Source: a virus
Reading direction: 5' to 3' (one strand)
DNA: 64,000 bases
IMG/VR virus record: IMGVR_UViG_3300029444_000365
Location: 1-64,000 of that record
The notes beneath the pieces are model-generated. The model made no database searches, was not told the DNA's origin, and saw only the letters and a program-made list of their open reading frames with translations. Of this stretch, positions 26,093-36,283 are shown in pieces (the stretch's first letter is position 1; the number at the start of each line of letters is the position of its first letter). A program made the position numbers and the translations under genes.

Positions 26093-26285
26093 ATTTAACG
26101 AGATCAAATGGTTGCACTTCCATTGCTTTAGCAACCAAATCAAGTACAGCTAAGTCAGGAACAGCACTTCCATTTTCCCATTTACTGATTGTACTTGGTG
26201 CAATGTCAGACATTTTCGCAAGCCCTCTTACTGTTATTCTCTTTTCAGTTCTGATTTTCTTTCCAATATATTTAACCATAATCAC
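26082..26285 (-). CDS. XRE-family HTH transcriptional regulator (67 aa)
   Basis: RGLAKMSDIAPSTISKWENG; 3' end overlaps convergent XRE gene by 11 nt. Confidence 0.65.
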   Translation of the reverse strand: MIMVKYIGKKIRTEKRITVRGLAKMSDIAPSTISKWENGSAVPDLAVLDLVAKAMEVQPFDLVKFIY

Positions 26286-27310
26286 ATCTCCATCAATTTC
26301 TCTTTCATTCCAACAGCTCCGTTTGCATAATTATTAACTGTTGTATTTACACTACTATGCCCCAACTGTTGTTGCACAAATGCAAGATTTCCATTCTGAT
26401 TCATTATACTAGCATAATAATGTCGCATCATATGTGGAGTAATACCATTTCCATAATTCTCAAATATCTGTTTGATATTTCTTTCCGTGGTACGTGTGCC
26501 ATTCTTATTAATAAAAACTGCTTCTTTGTCTACAATATTATTCAATGTGTTTCTATACTCTAGCCATTCTCTTAATGCTTTCAGAGCAGATCCAGTAAGA
26601 TATACAGGTCTTTTTTCAGTTTCTCTTTGATATCCTTTTGGTAAAACCATAATATGTGACATATCATTAAGATCAATATATTCACTATTTTCATCTAAAT
26701 GCAAATCTGATAAATCCAAACCAGCAAGTTCAGACTCTCTTATTCCAGTTCCTCTTAAGACACGAAAAATAGCAATATTCCTATTCCTTACACATTCATC
26801 CTTTTTCCACATTATTTTTTCTTCCATACCATTAAGCTGATTTTCTGTTGGAAGTTTTTGTGTTAAGTTGTTTTTAGAAGATATCCCTTTATATTTTATT
26901 TGTTTACTAAAATCTTCCATACTGTTATAAAGTTCTCTCAATAAACATTCTCTATATGAATATACATTTTTTATAAAACTTTTTATAATATTCTTTCTTG
27001 TTTCCGTTGTGGTTGGCGACATTCCATTTGTTTCCTTATATCTAAGGTATGAACTAATATTTTGTGGTCGCAAGTCGCTAAAATCAGAAACTTCTATTTC
27101 AGAAATTGATTTCTTATTAATAATATTACTTTCAATCAACCACTGTAAAAAATCTTTAATTGCTACTAAATAATTTAACGCTCCGTTCTTGCTTTCCAAC
27201 TCATTCAAGTAATCTCTTAAAAACTGTGGTGCATTTAACTCATCCAACTTCCTATTAAGCTTTTCAGCATTTTTATTTTGCACTTCTATCTTATAACACA
27301 TAATTATCAC
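26282..27310 (-). CDS. int: tyrosine recombinase / phage integrase
   Basis: C-terminal HMMRHYYAS...LGHSSVNTTVNNYAN (HxxR...Y) catalytic motifs; 342 aa. Confidence 0.8.
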   Translation of the reverse strand: MIIMCYKIEVQNKNAEKLNRKLDELNAPQFLRDYLNELESKNGALNYLVAIKDFLQWLIESNIINKKSISEIEVSDFSDLRPQNISSYLRYKETNGMSPTTTETRKNIIKSFIKNVYSYRECLLRELYNSMEDFSKQIKYKGISSKNNLTQKLPTENQLNGMEEKIMWKKDECVRNRNIAIFRVLRGTGIRESELAGLDLSDLHLDENSEYIDLNDMSHIMVLPKGYQRETEKRPVYLTGSALKALREWLEYRNTLNNIVDKEAVFINKNGTRTTERNIKQIFENYGNGITPHMMRHYYASIMNQNGNLAFVQQQLGHSSVNTTVNNYANGAVGMKEKLMEM

Positions 27311-27621
27311 TCCCTTGTATAATCTGCTATCGCTTTTGCAATAGCTTTAGCTGCCATTTTACTCTTTAATGATTTCTGAATAGATTCTGTATTCCAAGGG
27401 ACATCACTAAACTCAGCTAACTCACCACCACAATTCCAATTCGGAATACTAAAGAATCCTCCATTTACATATTCTCCGAAAATCACACTATAATAATTTC
27501 CATTATATTCAACACCTATATGGTGAATATTTTCAACATAAGCATCACCATTATAACCGATTTTATAATTTTCCATATTAATCAACCTCACTTTCCTACA
27601 TACATATTCTCTGTTTTCCAT
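27307..27621 (-). CDS. hypothetical protein (104 aa)
   Basis: ATGA overlap with integrase start. Confidence 0.45.
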   Translation of the reverse strand: MENREYVCRKVRLINMENYKIGYNGDAYVENIHHIGVEYNGNYYSVIFGEYVNGGFFSIPNWNCGGELAEFSDVPWNTESIQKSLKSKMAAKAIAKAIADYTRE

Positions 27622-27887
27622 TCAGGTAGCAGCTCATTATTCTCATCATAATATTTTGACTTAATTTTCTTTGCATATTCCATTCGCTCATCAAAATCAT
27701 CGCACCACCTGACTTCAAGATTTTTAGTTCTCATTTGCAATTTTGTACATAGACAACACAAGTTTTTTACATGATCCTTTTCTCTCATATTCGGTCTACG
27801 AATTTTATCACCAACTTGATTTTTGCTAAGACATCTTAAACAGATAAACTCACTTGCTCTGCTCGTATTGTCGTGTCGTTTACTCAT
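27588..27887 (-). CDS. hypothetical Cys-rich protein (99 aa)
   Basis: CLRC...CCLC pairs. Confidence 0.45.
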   Translation of the reverse strand: MSKRHDNTSRASEFICLRCLSKNQVGDKIRRPNMREKDHVKNLCCLCTKLQMRTKNLEVRWCDDFDERMEYAKKIKSKYYDENNELLPEWKTENMYVGK

Positions 27888-27989
27888 AATTTTATTTACC
27901 TCGTTTTCTATACTAAAAAAGAAGCAGTTAATTCCTGCTTCTATTGCTTATTTCTATATTTAATTCGCTTTCAATAAGAAAGCAATTTT

Positions 27990-28403
27990 TCATTTGATTA
28001 ATGTATCTACATCAATATTTGTTTTAAAAATAACAAACGATCTTGACTTCATTAATTCATCCGTTTTCTTGGCAGCTTCTCTCCAATCTAATCCTTCATA
28101 ATCTCTTTTTGAAATTTCGATAAAATCAGTTTCGTAAATTTTCTTATGAGTCTTTTTTATATCAACACATCCACTACTATTCAGTTCAGGTCTTCGTATT
28201 TTTACAACATATGCATCATATTTTGTGTCGATTATAAGTACACTTGCCATTTCACAGATTCTTTTATCTGGTAATCTACTTATAAGTTTTGTTCTAATAT
28301 CTCTAATATCCTCTTTATATAAATGTGGCTCATAAACACAATCTACAAAGCTTCCAAGCACCTTCATATTATTACCTCCAAATTTCCCATAAGAAATCGT
28401 CAT
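27990..28403 (-). CDS. hypothetical protein (137 aa)
   Basis: ORF. Confidence 0.45.
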   Translation of the reverse strand: MTISYGKFGGNNMKVLGSFVDCVYEPHLYKEDIRDIRTKLISRLPDKRICEMASVLIIDTKYDAYVVKIRRPELNSSGCVDIKKTHKKIYETDFIEISKRDYEGLDWREAAKKTDELMKSRSFVIFKTNIDVDTLIK

Positions 28404-28606
28404 TTCTTAAACATCAATTCTTCAACTTCCTGCTTTATCATACTTATTTCAGATAAATCATACGATTCAATCATTTTCTCTAATTCATTAGATAATCCAG
28501 ACATTTGTGATAAATCTTCAATAGCTCTTTCCATATGTTCATAAGCTAAATCTAAATTGTTCCACACGGTATCTAAATTATTTTGCGTTTTATTAATTCG
28601 ACTCAT
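28400..28606 (-). CDS. hypothetical protein (68 aa)
   Basis: ORF, overlapping junctions. Confidence 0.45.
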   Translation of the reverse strand: MSRINKTQNNLDTVWNNLDLAYEHMERAIEDLSQMSGLSNELEKMIESYDLSEISMIKQEVEELMFKK

Positions 28607-28996
28607 TTATACCACCTCTTCTAATCTTCCAAGTAAATCATTCTTTACTTCGATTATTGTATTCAACCTTGATTCAGTTTCAGTAACCTCACAAGCTTCT
28701 ACATTATAAGTCATTTGCTTTTCTAGGTCAGATTCAAGTCTGTCAATTTCTGTATCAAGCTCACCAATATATTCTTTTATCTTTTCTCTCATATCTAGCT
28801 CATTAACAAAATCAACTCCACCAAAATCCTCTTTAGTTAGTTCTCTCCCACACTTAGGACAAAATCTAAAGCGATTATCATTATTGACTTGTTTTTTACT
28901 TCCTGAAAAAGCAATTCCTGTCATATCTAAATATTTATCAATTTGAACCATTCTAAAATCATATTTTCCACCACATAATTCACAATTATTATTCAT
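28607..28996 (-). CDS. hypothetical zinc-ribbon/coiled-coil protein (129 aa)
   Basis: CELCGG...CPKCG. Confidence 0.45.
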   Translation of the reverse strand: MNNNCELCGGKYDFRMVQIDKYLDMTGIAFSGSKKQVNNDNRFRFCPKCGRELTKEDFGGVDFVNELDMREKIKEYIGELDTEIDRLESDLEKQMTYNVEACEVTETESRLNTIIEVKNDLLGRLEEVV

Positions 28997-29034
28997 TATC
29001 TTTCACCTCCAAAGGAAAGTTAAAATTGCTTGCC

Positions 29035-29739
29035 TTATTTGCTTTCAATATCAACTGGATTTTCCAATTTTAAAATTTCATCTCTATGCTCTACCAACGC
29101 AGCACTTGCAATAGCATTTATTTTATTCTGGCAAAATGACTCAATTTCACCTTTTGCTTCCATAACAGTTTTATCCATCTGTTCATTGAACTGGTCTGCA
29201 ATAAAATCCAAATCACATCCAATATCCATACTTAATTTTCTAAGTTTAGATATTACAGCTTCTTTGTCTGCCTTTGTTAGTGCCTTTTTCTGTGAAAACA
29301 AATCAGTCACATCCTGAATTAACTGCTGTGCCTCATTCATTGCTTCCTTTGTTTTATCTTTGAATTCATCAGTAAACTGTTCTCTTTTACTAACAAAATC
29401 ACATGGAGGTATTTTACCATCTTTTTCAGTATAGCGAATTGTTACTGGAATTCCTGTTTCTTGTCCAAAAGATGTAATTGCCTCGGCAAATTGTGAATAA
29501 CTCATTTCGACTTTTACAATAGGCTTGTTGCCAAAAATATCGTCACGATTTAACCCTCTTGTAATATCAGCATGTCTAAGTTCCATTGTAATTACATTAC
29601 TATGTTCAATGCTACTTCCAAATAAAGGTGTCTTTCCACCATAAGCTCTGTTAAATAACAAAGTACCATAACTAGGATGGCTTGTTTTTGTTCCAAATTT
29701 TGTTTCTTCTACTTTATATTCATTTTCCATATATTTCAT
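29035..29739 (-). CDS. hypothetical protein (234 aa)
   Basis: ORF. Confidence 0.5.
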   Translation of the reverse strand: MKYMENEYKVEETKFGTKTSHPSYGTLLFNRAYGGKTPLFGSSIEHSNVITMELRHADITRGLNRDDIFGNKPIVKVEMSYSQFAEAITSFGQETGIPVTIRYTEKDGKIPPCDFVSKREQFTDEFKDKTKEAMNEAQQLIQDVTDLFSQKKALTKADKEAVISKLRKLSMDIGCDLDFIADQFNEQMDKTVMEAKGEIESFCQNKINAIASAALVEHRDEILKLENPVDIESK

Positions 29740-29769
29740 TCTCCTTCCATAATAAACTTAGAGTTCCTA

Positions 29770-29931
29770 CTATTTACTTTCGATAATTACATTGATTCCG
29801 TCAAGTTTCAATTCTCTTGCTATATTCTCTGCATTATACCAATCAAATTTTTCTGCATTATCTTTTGATACCCATGCACCATTATTGTAGTATTTAATAT
29901 CATTTTCTTTTTTTATGATATATTTACACAT
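29770..29931 (-). CDS. hypothetical protein (53 aa)
   Basis: GGGAGAATATATT RBS; below track cutoff. Confidence 0.4.
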   Translation of the reverse strand: MCKYIIKKENDIKYYNNGAWVSKDNAEKFDWYNAENIARELKLDGINVIIESK

Positions 29932-29970
29932 AATATATTCTCCCTGCTCACATAAAAACTTGTTTTCCTA

Positions 29971-30216
29971 CTATTTTTCATAATAACTACATGGTACTTC
30001 ACATTCTCCAGAGGACGTACATGCAGGATTTTTACCACACAATCCATTTCCTAGCATATATTTACACCCTTCTTTTCTTGTACCAATATTTCTCGAACCA
30101 CAATTATTACAATGATATGATTTCTCTTTTTCATCATATCGAATATCCATATTTCCGCAATCCAAACAAATCATATTTTTATTCTCCATTCTTCTAAAGG
30201 ATCTATTACAAACCAA
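29971..30216 (-). CDS. hypothetical Cys-rich protein (81 aa, 14 Cys)
   Basis: CLDCG..CNNCG..C..C. Confidence 0.45.
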   Translation of the reverse strand: MVCNRSFRRMENKNMICLDCGNMDIRYDEKEKSYHCNNCGSRNIGTRKEGCKYMLGNGLCGKNPACTSSGECEVPCSYYEK

Positions 30217-30616
30217 TCATTTTTTCAAAATACATTGCTGCTTTACCATTTCCACCTTCATGTTTATATCCAATACATCCAATTAATGCAGAATCAAGAG
30301 ATAAATATGAATGGTTTGTATCACTGTAGTTAATGTATCCATGATAATATGTTTTCTTATCTCTTTTATCAATATACTCTACAATCTGATATTCTCCAAT
30401 GCAATGTATCTTGATCACATTGCCCCATGTAAATTCTTTTTCTATCAGTTCCAACTTTTCATCGTGTGTTGCTTCTCTTACATCCTTATCTGTAATTGTA
30501 TCCAGTAAACTAAATGAACAACTTCCATAATTACACGGATGAAACTTAAAATCATTTTCGTTTTTTACTACTGTTCCAATCTGATTTTTGTATACAACAA
30601 TGTCTCCATATTTCAT
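30206..30616 (-). CDS. hypothetical protein (136 aa)
   Basis: ORF. Confidence 0.45.
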   Translation of the reverse strand: MKYGDIVVYKNQIGTVVKNENDFKFHPCNYGSCSFSLLDTITDKDVREATHDEKLELIEKEFTWGNVIKIHCIGEYQIVEYIDKRDKKTYYHGYINYSDTNHSYLSLDSALIGCIGYKHEGGNGKAAMYFEKMIGL

Positions 30617-30697
30617 ATAAATACCTCCAATTTTCTAATGAAACTATTATTTCTCGCTTTTATTTTAGCATGTAAAATGCATACTGTCGGTATTCAT

Positions 30698-31330
30698 TTA
30701 CCAATCTTCACCCCATAATTTCTTAGTCACATTAAAATCACTTGGCATTGTCCTACATTTTAAACATCCAAAATTCAACTTGTTAAATTCTTCCTCTGTA
30801 ATTTCAGTGCCCATATCTCCTTCAACAGTCGTATCATAATCAAGTTTTCCCTGACATTCTGGACGAAAATACCATACTCTATAAAATTCTTTTCCAGTTT
30901 TTCTATTTTTTCCGCTAAACAAACAAGTAATTGTTCTTCCTGAACTAATTTCGGTTGTTACTATTTTCCCAAAATAAGGATTATACTGTCCATATGAATT
31001 GTATCCTCTCTTGATATTATTTTGTTTGTCACGTTCACTCATTTCCAATAACTGCTGCGTACCTCTTCCGTAAGAAGTGTTATACACTCTGCTACTATTC
31101 ACTCCAACAGTTGAATACAACTTAACTCCATTTCTGTCCGTTGTTTCAACTCTCTTTACTCGCTCACCGTTGATATAATCATTGCACAATCTGTCCATAT
31201 AATGCACATTTCCATCTTTATCAACTGTACGAGTTGTTTTCTTCATGTCATAATTATCATAAGCTGCCTTTGCAGCACTTCCTGCATAAATTCCTAAGAA
31301 TGCTAATAGTCCTCCGAACATATTCATCAA
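30698..31330 (-). CDS. hypothetical secreted/membrane-anchored protein (210 aa)
   Basis: N-terminal signal-like hydrophobic segment. Confidence 0.5.
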   Translation of the reverse strand: MMNMFGGLLAFLGIYAGSAAKAAYDNYDMKKTTRTVDKDGNVHYMDRLCNDYINGERVKRVETTDRNGVKLYSTVGVNSSRVYNTSYGRGTQQLLEMSERDKQNNIKRGYNSYGQYNPYFGKIVTTEISSGRTITCLFSGKNRKTGKEFYRVWYFRPECQGKLDYDTTVEGDMGTEITEEEFNKLNFGCLKCRTMPSDFNVTKKLWGEDW

Positions 31331-31344
31331 CCACCTTTCTTATA

Positions 31345-31497
31345 TTATTTTCTCCATTTATCCATTTCGTCTACAGACTTCTTATTAAGATTGTTATACA
31401 TATCTTGTCTCTTTTTTGCTTCATCTTCCTGACTAGCTTTCCAAGGAAGATATATACATAAATATCCTGCAATCAAACATCCAATTAACTGTGCCAT
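31345..31497 (-). CDS. small membrane protein (50 aa)
   Basis: GGAGG RBS; TM helix. Confidence 0.45.
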   Translation of the reverse strand: MAQLIGCLIAGYLCIYLPWKASQEDEAKKRQDMYNNLNKKSVDEMDKWRK

Positions 31498-31545
31498 AAT
31501 AACTACCTCCGTTATCTTATTTCCGTTACCATATTACTACTTTTA

Positions 31546-31719
31546 TTATATCACTACTATTTCATTATTAATAGTATCAAAAATCTCGTAGAAATTCTCT
31601 TCATAAATATTATCCAGTTTATCAGCTTCCTCATACTCATTAAGGGCATACATCGCAGCTTCCAACGAATCGAAACTATCTATGACATTTCCACCCTGTC
31701 CATCTCTGATTTCAAACAT
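31546..31719 (-). CDS. hypothetical acidic protein (57 aa)
   Basis: GGAGGTGA RBS. Confidence 0.45.
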   Translation of the reverse strand: MFEIRDGQGGNVIDSFDSLEAAMYALNEYEEADKLDNIYEENFYEIFDTINNEIVVI

Positions 31720-31810
31720 ACAATCACCTCCATTATATTATTCTCCACTAAAAAACAGACAACCTTTCGATTGCCTGTTTCAAGTCACATATTCAATTTA
31801 CAATTTTATA

Positions 31811-32002
31811 TTAAAACTCTATAACTTTATTCTCTCTCCCATCTTGATATGTATCAGTATATTTATTTAGTACGTTAGCTAACTCTTCTAATGTTTCAGA
31901 CTGCTCAATTTCTTTTTTGTATTCAGTAAATTCTTTACAAAATCCTTCATAATCATCACCTAAATACTCTTCCCTAGTACATGGAATATTATCTTTTGGC
32001 AA
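31811..32002 (-). CDS. hypothetical protein (63 aa)
   Basis: ORF. Confidence 0.4.
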   Translation of the reverse strand: MPKDNIPCTREEYLGDDYEGFCKEFTEYKKEIEQSETLEELANVLNKYTDTYQDGRENKVIEF

Positions 32003-32141
32003 GTACCATTCCTTTGCCTCTTCTAATTTTGTAAAAACAACCTCTGTATCAACATTATTTCTTAATTTTTTTCATAATATTTGTACCTCCATTCTTTTTA
32101 ATTATATCATATAAAAATATGCACTTCTGTTTTCTGATATA

Positions 32142-32369
32142 TTATAAATCCATTATATCAATTCCAAACTCTGATTTCAATACATTCTCAAAGCCTGGAT
32201 CGAATTCACAGTATCTCTTAATAAATTCATTGTTACTACATGGTGCAAACTCATTATGTACCAGTTCTCTTATGCCACCATCCATAAATATTGCAATTGC
32301 AGGCATCGCATATTTACTTATTTCCATTTCATCAACCTCCTTTACACGCATTGAGCAAATAATATACAC
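32142..32369 (-). CDS. hypothetical protein (75 aa)
   Basis: ORF. Confidence 0.4.
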   Translation of the reverse strand: MYIICSMRVKEVDEMEISKYAMPAIAIFMDGGIRELVHNEFAPCSNNEFIKRYCEFDPGFENVLKSEFGIDIMDL

Positions 32370-32487
32370 ATTTTCTTATGATCTGTGTATGTTATCTTTT
32401 TCTTAGTTGTCTTGTTATAAACAGTAATACTCAATTGCTTTGTGAGCAGATTCTGATTTAGCACTATCTGCTTTTCTTTGTTGTCTT

Positions 32488-32736
32488 TTAATAACATGTA
32501 GCTTTCCTCCTAAACCCAAGTACTACTGCATAAGCCGAGTTAAAAATCATATCAGACAACTCAATATTATGTACTGATTTGAAAACTTCTGTAAACGCTG
32601 TTTTCTCGTCCTTTCCATCTTCAATATTAAAGACTGCTGAAAGAAAAGCATCTTCTCTCTCATATTTGTCTGGATTTATTCTGTATCTCTTTAATAGCTC
32701 ATTATATAGCTTACTGTAAAAATTATAATCTTTCAT
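32488..32736 (-). CDS. hypothetical protein (82 aa)
   Basis: ORF. Confidence 0.4.
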   Translation of the reverse strand: MKDYNFYSKLYNELLKRYRINPDKYEREDAFLSAVFNIEDGKDEKTAFTEVFKSVHNIELSDMIFNSAYAVVLGFRRKATCY

Positions 32737-32774
32737 ATTTTACCTCACTTTTTCCAAGAATTTTCCGTTTCTTC

Positions 32775-32963
32775 CTAATCGCTAATCGGTAGCCAATTTA
32801 CAACCGCTGGCATTTGAATTAAGCTTTCTGTTTTCTGTATATCTTTTTGCATTTCTTTTATGTCTTCTGTAGTTGGTGGAATATTTTTAAAATTATATAC
32901 CGCACTATATATTCCGTTTTCCGTATAAAATATTACTAAATGTTTCATACTTGTTTTCCTCAC
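32775..32963 (-). CDS. hypothetical protein (62 aa)
   Basis: ORF. Confidence 0.4.
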   Translation of the reverse strand: MRKTSMKHLVIFYTENGIYSAVYNFKNIPPTTEDIKEMQKDIQKTESLIQMPAVVNWLPISD

Positions 32964-32984
32964 TTTCCGCAGTAAATCATCGTT

Positions 32985-33188
32985 TCATTTCTCTGCTAGG
33001 ATGTCATTAATGTGTTTTGTATACGAAATAATCTCATCAATCTTATATTTAATTTTCTCTGTATGTGTTTCGCCATCCTCTATTTTGTCGATAAGCTTTC
33101 CAATATTACTTGCTGTTGTACGAATGCTCTGTTGGTAGAAGGATAAGCTTTCTACCTCGTCTGATGTTAAAGTATATAATTTCTGCAT
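32985..33188 (-). CDS. hypothetical protein (67 aa)
   Basis: ORF. Confidence 0.4.
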   Translation of the reverse strand: MQKLYTLTSDEVESLSFYQQSIRTTASNIGKLIDKIEDGETHTEKIKYKIDEIISYTKHINDILAEK

Positions 33189-33213
33189 ATATATTTCTCC
33201 AATCCTAAAATTA

Positions 33214-33483
33214 TCATTTTATGTCCAAATTTGCTTTAATCATATCCATTGCATTATCTTTGATTTCATTACGCACCTTTTGTAATTTATCCCATGTCAC
33301 ATCTTCCTTCATACCACAATCACCCCAATTACAGTACATGTATTCTGTGACTGTATCAATAATGTTCATAATTGCTTCGTCACTTGCTACAACCCCAATC
33401 TTTTTCATAGGTTCATTTAGTGACATCTTATAAATCTTATTATCCTGTATATGGTAAAGTCCGTTATTCATAATATTCTCCAT
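33214..33483 (-). CDS. hypothetical protein (89 aa)
   Basis: ORF. Confidence 0.4.
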   Translation of the reverse strand: MENIMNNGLYHIQDNKIYKMSLNEPMKKIGVVASDEAIMNIIDTVTEYMYCNWGDCGMKEDVTWDKLQKVRNEIKDNAMDMIKANLDIK

Positions 33484-33510
33484 TCTTCTAAATTTTACTT
33501 AATTGTGATA

Positions 33511-33771
33511 TTACTCCTTTCGATTCACTCGTTTCAAAATAATTTCTGTATCGGTATAGGCAGTACAATATGCAATGTTATTGTTTTCATCATAATAATT
33601 TACATAATACGTATCATCGTCAAATGTTCTATTGACTCCAATAAAACCACCTCTTCTTTTGCCGTTTAAATAAACATCATACTTTACTTCTTTTAATGTA
33701 TCTGCCCAATAATCTTGAGGATTTTTCACTCTCCATATAAAATCATGTGGTGTTGTTCTTAATTCATCCAT
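33511..33771 (-). CDS. hypothetical protein (86 aa)
   Basis: ORF. Confidence 0.4.
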   Translation of the reverse strand: MDELRTTPHDFIWRVKNPQDYWADTLKEVKYDVYLNGKRRGGFIGVNRTFDDDTYYVNYYDENNNIAYCTAYTDTEIILKRVNRKE

Positions 33772-33807
33772 TATTTTGCCTCCAATTCTTACCTTAAAAC
33801 TCTTGAT

Positions 33808-34038
33808 TCATAGTGACGTATATTCCGTCATTTCTGAATCTCCACGTTCTATTGTAATTCCTGTCCTATAATATTTTTTATTTGTTGTCTTACTCCATTC
33901 AACGATTTCATTCTGCATTCCGTCAACGAAGTTAAATCCACGATTAACGAGGGCAATAATCAAATTCTCTATATTGTCTGCAATACAAATTTGATTTCCA
34001 TAACCATTCCTTGTGGAAAAATCTGCTGTAAATTTCAT
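33808..34038 (-). CDS. hypothetical protein (76 aa)
   Basis: ORF. Confidence 0.4.
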   Translation of the reverse strand: MKFTADFSTRNGYGNQICIADNIENLIIALVNRGFNFVDGMQNEIVEWSKTTNKKYYRTGITIERGDSEMTEYTSL

Positions 34039-34053
34039 ACTTATACCTCCATT

Positions 34054-34266
34054 CTATCCCATACATCCTAATTCAAGAACATCAGGATTATCAGCAAACC
34101 AATGATTATCAATATTTTCAATTTCAATCATATCTTTGGTTATCACTGACTCGTATCCTCCATGCTCTGTATATGCTTTTAATACTTTCTGTTTGGCTTC
34201 CTCTTCTGTATCAGCTTTTACAATTCCATAAGTGTCATCGTCAAATGTGTATATCCAAAACTTCAT
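34054..34266 (-). CDS. hypothetical protein (70 aa)
   Basis: ORF. Confidence 0.4.
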   Translation of the reverse strand: MKFWIYTFDDDTYGIVKADTEEEAKQKVLKAYTEHGGYESVITKDMIEIENIDNHWFADNPDVLELGCMG

Positions 34267-34272
34267 AGATCA

Positions 34273-34461
34273 TCACTCCTTATCATCTTCCCAATAAGCA
34301 TTTACATCATCTTTGTTATCCTTGTCATCATCCCAACAATTAAATCCACATTTTACTTTTGCTTTACAATCCCATTTCTTATCACAATAATAACAACATC
34401 TATCATCTTTGTAACTGCAATCGTCTGTTTCAGGCTTTACATAATTTCCACATTTGTACAT
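34273..34461 (-). CDS. hypothetical Cys/Asp-rich protein (62 aa)
   Basis: ORF. Confidence 0.4.
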   Translation of the reverse strand: MYKCGNYVKPETDDCSYKDDRCCYYCDKKWDCKAKVKCGFNCWDDDKDNKDDVNAYWEDDKE

Positions 34462-34467
34462 ATATCA

Positions 34468-34674
34468 TCACTCCATTTCTAACTCTCTTCTAATTACAGT
34501 ATCAACAAACCATTCAACTTCTTCTGGAATTTCCTTTTCGCACTCATATAATTTGTTATGAAATTTTCCATCATTATATGTTTTAATCACAAATGATTCT
34601 TGATTATATATCAACCAATACTCATTATCTCCTGTTTGTCTAAAGTGAATATCAATATCTTGCATAATTATCAC
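34468..34674 (-). CDS. hypothetical protein (68 aa)
   Basis: ORF. Confidence 0.4.
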   Translation of the reverse strand: MIIMQDIDIHFRQTGDNEYWLIYNQESFVIKTYNDGKFHNKLYECEKEIPEEVEWFVDTVIRRELEME

Positions 34675-34880
34675 CTCTCTCCAATCTCAAATAATTCATT
34701 ACCTGAAAAATCAGTCATATCTTGTAATACTGCATGAGCAAATTCTTTTGCGTATTCTGACCATATTTTATCTTGCAATTCTTCTACACTTAATCTTTCA
34801 AGCTCATAATCCTTAACGAATTTCCGAACTATATTTTTCATTCTGTATTCATAATCTTCTTCTATTATTGGAATATGCAT
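34671..34880 (-). CDS. hypothetical protein (69 aa)
   Basis: ORF, 4-nt overlap. Confidence 0.4.
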   Translation of the reverse strand: MHIPIIEEDYEYRMKNIVRKFVKDYELERLSVEELQDKIWSEYAKEFAHAVLQDMTDFSGNELFEIGER

Positions 34881-34897
34881 ATCTTATACCTCCAATC

Positions 34898-35227
34898 TTA
34901 TAATTTTATCTTTCCATAATCAGGAATCATCTGAATAAATTCATCTGCATTTGTAAACTGTTTATTGATTTCAATCCAATATTGTTCGTTATTTGTATCT
35001 GTACAACAAGCTTCTAATTTAAAATCATGCTGTGCGTAAATCGTTAAACATAATTCCGCTTTCTGAATAGATACACCCTCTGGAACTTCTTCAACAGTTG
35101 CATATTCTTCTAAAAAGTCATCAATTTCGCTTTCTTTTAAATCATAATTGTAAAATGCCTGTAATGGTTTGTCTGTATCATCTAACTCATTAAATGTAAT
35201 TTTTGTATAATCTAACATATTAAGCAA
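34898..35227 (-). CDS. hypothetical protein (109 aa)
   Basis: ORF. Confidence 0.45.
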   Translation of the reverse strand: MLNMLDYTKITFNELDDTDKPLQAFYNYDLKESEIDDFLEEYATVEEVPEGVSIQKAELCLTIYAQHDFKLEACCTDTNNEQYWIEINKQFTNADEFIQMIPDYGKIKL

Positions 35228-35456
35228 TCCTTTCTACACTACAGAAGAAATCATCTTCTGTAAAACTATATCCATCATAGTGTTCATAAATAAATTCATC
35301 ACTAACATATTCATCAATACTTGCAATCATTTCATATGATGGTTCATTGATATTAACTCCCATCACTTCTGCAAAAGTGCCTTCATTTACAAGTTCTGAA
35401 TAATATGCCTGTTTCAATTCGTGTAACTGATCTCTATTTAATTCTCTCGCTGTCAT
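35220..35456 (-). CDS. hypothetical protein (78 aa)
   Basis: ORF. Confidence 0.4.
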   Translation of the reverse strand: MTARELNRDQLHELKQAYYSELVNEGTFAEVMGVNINEPSYEMIASIDEYVSDEFIYEHYDGYSFTEDDFFCSVERIA

Positions 35457-35469
35457 AATTTATCACTCC

Positions 35470-35955
35470 TTATGCAACTTTTGTTATTTCCATGTAGCAA
35501 CCATTCATAGCTTTATCATACTGTCTAATATCATAGAGCCAACTAAACGGAACTTTAACAGTTCCTTCTTTTTTCAATTTTTCCATTACTTCCCCAATAG
35601 AAAAATAGCCCTGCATCCAACCATAGCCTGATAAATACTGTTGTCTATCCAAATTACACAGTCTGTCATGATATTTGATTGTATTTTTCTTTAGAAATTT
35701 AATATATCTATCAGATAATCCATAATTTTCTTCTGGGTTGTCATCACTGTATTCCGACATAACAAATGAATTTCCGTGGAATAATTCAAGCTGCCACATT
35801 ACTTCTCTCATATTATAAAGAGTTCTCGTTATTCCGTTTATTGCAATCATATAATCATTTCGTGTGCCAGGTTCCCAATTCTTTTTACTACATCTTCCGC
35901 ATTTATATGTATCTGTATTAATTATCATTTTATATCTCGCCATACAATCAACCAT
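35470..35955 (-). CDS. hypothetical protein (161 aa)
   Basis: ORF. Confidence 0.5.
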   Translation of the reverse strand: MVDCMARYKMIINTDTYKCGRCSKKNWEPGTRNDYMIAINGITRTLYNMREVMWQLELFHGNSFVMSEYSDDNPEENYGLSDRYIKFLKKNTIKYHDRLCNLDRQQYLSGYGWMQGYFSIGEVMEKLKKEGTVKVPFSWLYDIRQYDKAMNGCYMEITKVA

Positions 35956-35960
35956 CCTTT

Positions 35961-36263
35961 CTATAATTCAAATTCCACGATTCTTCCAGAACTTAACACT
36001 ACATATTCATCTCCATTTTCTGCAATATGATTTCCAAGCTCTGTATAATCAAGAACCGCCTCAATATGATGATCTAATTCTCCAATTACGTTATCAATAT
36101 AATTACTTGCCAAGTCATAAGCGGAATCAAATATTGCTACAATATGTAAATCATCTTCTGTTACATTGTCGTTAAAATTTCCAAGAAGTTCATCAACTTC
36201 CCTTTCCCATATATCCTGATCTAATAAGTATTCTCTTAATTCTTCCATGATTTTATCCTCCAA
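35961..36263 (-). CDS. hypothetical acidic protein (100 aa)
   Basis: ORF. Confidence 0.45.
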   Translation of the reverse strand: MEDKIMEELREYLLDQDIWEREVDELLGNFNDNVTEDDLHIVAIFDSAYDLASNYIDNVIGELDHHIEAVLDYTELGNHIAENGDEYVVLSSGRIVEFEL

Positions 36264-36283
36264 TCTTAAAATGAAATTGCTAT

